From contig CM120643.1 in NCBI GenBank assembly GCA_051362555.1, forward strand, positions 11,258,644 to 11,322,643: a DNA stretch of 64,000 bases. The letters run 5' to 3'. A program made the translations under genes and the position numbers. A model generated the notes under the pieces. That model ran no database searches. It was given only the letters and a program-made list of their open reading frames with translations, and was not told the origin of the DNA. Numbering within the stretch: the stretch's first letter is position 1; each line of letters begins with the position of its first letter. Positions 59,260 through 64,000 of this stretch are shown piece by piece. The DNA is from Lingula anatina. Taxonomy: Eukaryota > Animalia > Brachiopoda.

Positions 59260-62200
59260 TTGGCCAGGTAGGGATGAAAATTTTTTTTCTTCATTATAGT
59301 GTCAGGTAGGTGTGTTCGGTCATTTGTAGTAAGAATAAAGTGCTGGAAGAGTGGTGGTGTCAACATTAAGGAAGAAATAGAGCAAAAACTCTGTCTCCCC
59401 CCTCTCAGATTCTGTTCTCAGAGCTTATTTTTGGATCATCTTTAAAGCTAGAATTGGGGGCCTTGATGAAGTGACCCGGGCGCGTTTCCACATTTTTTAT
59501 GACTGACAGGTGTGGTAGATTGATTTTCGTCACTTTTTGGAAAAATCGGAGACGGGTCGATTTTTGGTGATTTTGAGTGATTTTGAACAGTGCCGGAACT
59601 GTGAGATTTCTTCAATTTTGGCCAGGTAGGGATGAAAATTTTTTTTCTTCATTATAGTGTCAGGTAGGTGTGTTCGGTCATTTGTAGTAAGAATAAAGTG
59701 CTGGAAGAGTGGTGGTGTCAACATTAAGGAAGAAATAGAGCAAAAACTCTGTCTCCCCCCCCCCCCCCCTCTCAGATTCTGTTCTCAGAGCTTATTTTTG
59801 GATCATCTTTAAAGCTAGAATTGGGGGCCTTGATGAAGTGACCCGGGCGCGTTTCCACATTTTTTATGAATGACAGGTGTGGTAGATTGATTTTCGTCAC
59901 TTTTTGGAAAAATCGGAGACGGGTCGATTTTTGGTGATTTTGAGTGATTTTGAACAGTGCCGGCACTGTGAGATTTCTTCAATTTTGGCCAGGTAGGGAT
60001 AAAAATTTTTTTTCTTCATTATAGTGTCAGGTAGGTGTGTTCGGTCATTTGTAGTAAGAATAAAGTGCTGGACGAGTGGTGGTGTCAACATTAAGGAAGA
60101 AATAGAGCAAAAACTCTGTCTCCCCCCCCCCCCCCCCCTCTCAGATTCTGTTCTCAGAGCTTATTTTTGGATCATCTTTAAAGCTAGAATTGGGGGCCTT
60201 GATGAAGTGACCCGGGCACGTTTCCACATTTTTTATGAATGACAGGTGTGGTAGATTGATTTTCGTCACTTTTTGGAAAAATCGGAGACGGGTCGATTTT
60301 TGGTGATTTTGAGTGATTTTGAACAGTGCCGGCACTGTGAGATTTCTTCAATTTTGGCCAGGTAGGGATGAAAATTTTTTTTCTTCATTATAGTGTCAGG
60401 TAGGTGTGTTCGGTCATTTGTAGTAAGAATAAAGTGCTGGAAGAGTGGTGGTGTCAACATTAAGGAAGAAATAGAGCAAAAACTCTGTCTCCCCCCCCCC
60501 CCCCTCAGATTCTGTTCTCAGAGCTTATTTTTGGATCATCTTTAAAGCTAGAATTGGGGGCCTTGATGAAGTGACCCGGGCGCGTTTCCACATTTTTTAT
60601 GAATGACAGGTGTGGTAGATTGATTTTCGTCACTTTTTGGAAAAATCGGAGACGGGTCGATTTTTGGTGATTTTGAGTGATTTTGAACAGTGCCGGCACT
60701 GTGAGATTTCTTCAATTTTGGCCAGGTAGGGATGAAATTTTTTTTTCTTCATTATAGTGTCAGGTAGGTGTGTTCGGTCATTTGTAGTAAGAATAAAGTG
60801 CTGGAAGAGTGGTGGTGTCAACATTAAGGAAGAAATAGAGCAAAAACTCTGTCTCCCCCCCCCCCTCTCAGATTCTGTTCTCAGAGCTTATTTTTGGATC
60901 ATCTTTAAAGCTAGAATTGGGGGCCTTGATGAAGTGACCCGGGCACATTTCCACATTTTTTATGAATGACAGGTGTGGTAGATTGATTTTCGTCACTTTT
61001 TGGAAAAATCGGAGACGGGTCGATTTTTGGTGATTTTGAGTGATTTTGAACAGTGCCGGCACTGTGAGATTTCTTCAATTTTGGCCAGGTAGGGATGAAA
61101 ATTTTTTTTCTTCATTATAGTGTCAGGTAGGTGTGTTCCGTCATTTGTAGTAAGAATAAAGTGCTGGAAGAGTGGTGGTGTCAACATTAAGGAAGAAATA
61201 GAGCAAAAACTCTGTCTCCCCCCCCCCCCCCTCTCAGATTCTGTTCTCAGAGCTTATTTTTGGATCATCTTTAAAGCTAGAATTGGGGGCCTTGATGAAG
61301 TGACCCGGGCGCGTTTCCACAATTTTTAAGAATGACAGGTGTGGTAGATTGATTTTCGTCACTTTTTGGAAAAATCGGAGACGGGTCGATTTTTGGTGAT
61401 TTTGAGTGATTTTGAACAGTGCCGGCACTGTGAGATTTCTTCAATTTTGGCCAGGTAGGGATGAAAATTTTTTTTCTTCATTATAGTGTCAGGTAGGTGT
61501 GTTCGGTCATTTGTAGTAAGAATAAAGTGCTGGAAGAGTGGTGGTGTCAACATTAAGGAAGAAATAGAGCAAAAACTCTGTCTCCCCCCCCCCCTCTCAG
61601 ATTCTGTTCTCAGAGCTTATTTTTGGATCATCTTTAAAGCTAGAATTGGGGGCCTTGATGAAGTGACCCGGGCGCGTTTCCACATTTTTTATGAATGACA
61701 GGTGTGGTAGATTGATTTTCGTCACTTTTTGGAAAAATCGGAGACGGGTCGATTTTTGGTGATTTTGAGTGATTTTGAACAGTGCCGGCACTGTGAGATT
61801 TCTTCAATTTTGGCCAGGTAGGGATGAAAATTTTTTTTCTTCATTATAGTGTCAGGTAGGTGTGTTCGGTCATTTGTAGTAAGAATAAAGTGCTGGAAGA
61901 GTGGTGGTGTCAACATTAAGGAAGAAATAGAGCAAAAACTCTGTCTCCCCCCCCCCTCTCAGATTCTGTTCTTAGAGCTTATTTTTGGATCATCTTTAAA
62001 GCTAGAATTGGGGGCCTTGATGAAGTGACCCGGGCGCGTTTCCACATTTTTTATGAATGACAGGTGTGGTAGATTGATTTTCGTCACTTTTTGGAAAAAT
62101 CGGAGACGGGTCGATTTTTGGTGATTTTGAGTGATTTTGAACAGTGCCGGCACTGTGAGATTTCTTCAATTTTGGCCAGGTAGGGATGAAAATTTTTTTT

Positions 62201-64000
62201 CTTCATTATAGTGTCAGGTAGGTGTGTTCGGTCATTTGTAGTAAGAATAAAGTGCTGGAAGAGTGGTGGTGTCAACATTAAGGAAGAAATAGAGCAAAAA
62301 CTCTGTCTCCCCCCCCCCCTCTCAGATTCTGTTCTCAGAGCTTATTTTTGGATCATCTTTAAAGCTAGAATTGGGGGCCTTGATGAAGTGACCCGGGCGC
62401 GTTTCCACATTTTTTATGAATTACAGGTGTGGTAGATTGATTTTCGTCACTTTTTGGAAAAATCGGAGACGGGTCGATTTTTGGTGATTTTGAGTGATTT
62501 TGAACAGTGCCGGCACTGTGAGATTTCTTCAATTTTGGCCAGGTAGGGATGAAAATTTTTTTGCTTCATTATAGTGTCAGGTAGGTGTGTTCGGTCATTT
62601 GTAGTAAGAATAAAGTGCTGGAAGAGTGGTGGTGTCAACATTAAGGAAGAAATAGAGCAAAAACTCTGTCTCCCCCCCCCCCCTCTCAGATTCTGTTCTC
62701 AGAGCTTATTTTTGGATCATCTTTAAAGCTAGAATTGGGGGCCTTGATGAAGTGACCCGGGCGCGTTTCCACATTTTTTATGAATGACAGGTGTGGTAGA
62801 TTGATTTTCGTCACTTTTTGGAAAAATCGGAGACGGGTCGATTTTTGGTGATTTTGAGTGATTTTGAACAGTGCCGGCACTGTGAGATTTCTTCAATTTT
62901 GGCCAGGTAGGGATGAAAATTTTTTTGCTTCATTATAGTGTCAGGTAGGTGTGTTCGGTCATTTGTAGTAAGAATAAAGTGCTGGAAGAGTGGTGGTGTC
63001 AACATTAAGGAAGAAATAGAGCAAAAACTCTGTCTCCCCCCCCCCCCCCTCTCAGATTCTGTTCTCAGAGCTTATTTTTGGATCATCTTTAAAGCTAGAA
63101 TTGGGGGCCTTGATGAAGTGACCCGGGCGCGTTTCCACATTTTTTATGAATGACAGGTGTGGTAGATTGATTTTCGTCACTTTTTGGAAAAATCGGAGAC
63201 GGGTCGATTTTTGGTGATTTTGAGTGATTTTGAACAGTGCCGGCACTGTGAGATTTCTTCAATTTTGGCCAGGTAGGGATGAAAATTTTTTTTCTTCATT
63301 ATAGTGTCAGGTAGGTGTGTTCGGTCATTTGTAGTAAGAATAAAGTGCTGGAAGAGTGGTGGTGTCAACATTAAGGAAGAAATAGAGCAAAAACTCTGTC
63401 TCCCCCCCCCCCCCCCCCCTCTCAGATTCTGTTCTCAGAGCTTATTTTTGGATCATCTTTAAAGCTAGAATTGGGGGCCTTGATGAAGTGACCCGGGCGC
63501 GTTTCCACATTTTTTATGAATGACAGGTGTGGTAGATTGATTTTCGTCACTTTTTGGAAAAATCGGAGACGGGTCGATTTTTGGTGATTTTGAGTGATTT
63601 TGAACAGTGCCGGCACTGTGAGATTTCTTCAATTTTGGCCAGGTAGGGATGAAAATTTTTTTTCTTTATTATAGTGTCAGGTAGGTGTGTTCGGTCATTT
63701 GTAGTAAGAATAAAGTGCTGGAAGAGTGGTGGTGTCAACATTAAGGAAGAAATAGAGCAAAAACTCTGTCTCCCCCCCCCCCCTCTCAGATTCTGTTCTC
63801 AGAGCTTATTTTTGGATCATCTTTAAAGCTAGAATTGGGGGCCTTGATGAAGTGACCCGGGCTCGTTTCCACAATTTTTAAGAATGACAGGTGTGGTAGA
63901 TTGATTTTCGTCACTTTTTGGAAAAATCGGAGACGGGTCGATTTTTGGTGATTTTGAGTGATTTTGAACAGTGCCGGCACTGTGAGATTTCTTCAGTTTT
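59260..64000. repeat. Same ~364-bp satellite, second array (~13 monomers), same orientation, runs off the right edge
   Basis: Resumes at ttggccaggtagggatgaaaa (59260). The monomer consensus matches the left array. Confidence 0.99.

Overview
Eukaryotic (animal, probably invertebrate) heterochromatin-like DNA with no intact host gene. About 68% of the window is one highly homogeneous ~364-bp tandem satellite: 1-38681 (~108 monomers) and 59260-64000 (~13 monomers), both in the same orientation. Nearly all ORFs in the track are spurious translations of this monomer. A ~20.6-kb AT-rich island of decayed mobile elements interrupts it. The island holds two DIRS-type tyrosine-recombinase retrotransposon relics in convergent orientation, a spliced Kolobok-like DDE transposase pseudogene, a 1.67-kb TA-flanked Tc1 (DD34E) foldback element built from two transposase 3' halves, several GGGGCGGATCCAGG-type MITE pieces, Helentron/HINE-like fragments, a 34-bp minisatellite, a diverged ~200-bp triple repeat, (TA)n and poly-A. 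The most notable observations are: (i) the Tc1 foldback, whose arms show patchy identity; (ii) a diverged relic of the satellite inside the island with a ~185-bp period, suggesting the 364-bp monomer is an old dimer; (iii) a recurrent 272-bp monomer variant with a templated-looking filler; and (iv) several local higher-order repeats. I could not support a new protein-coding system from this sequence. All alignments and translations were done by eye.
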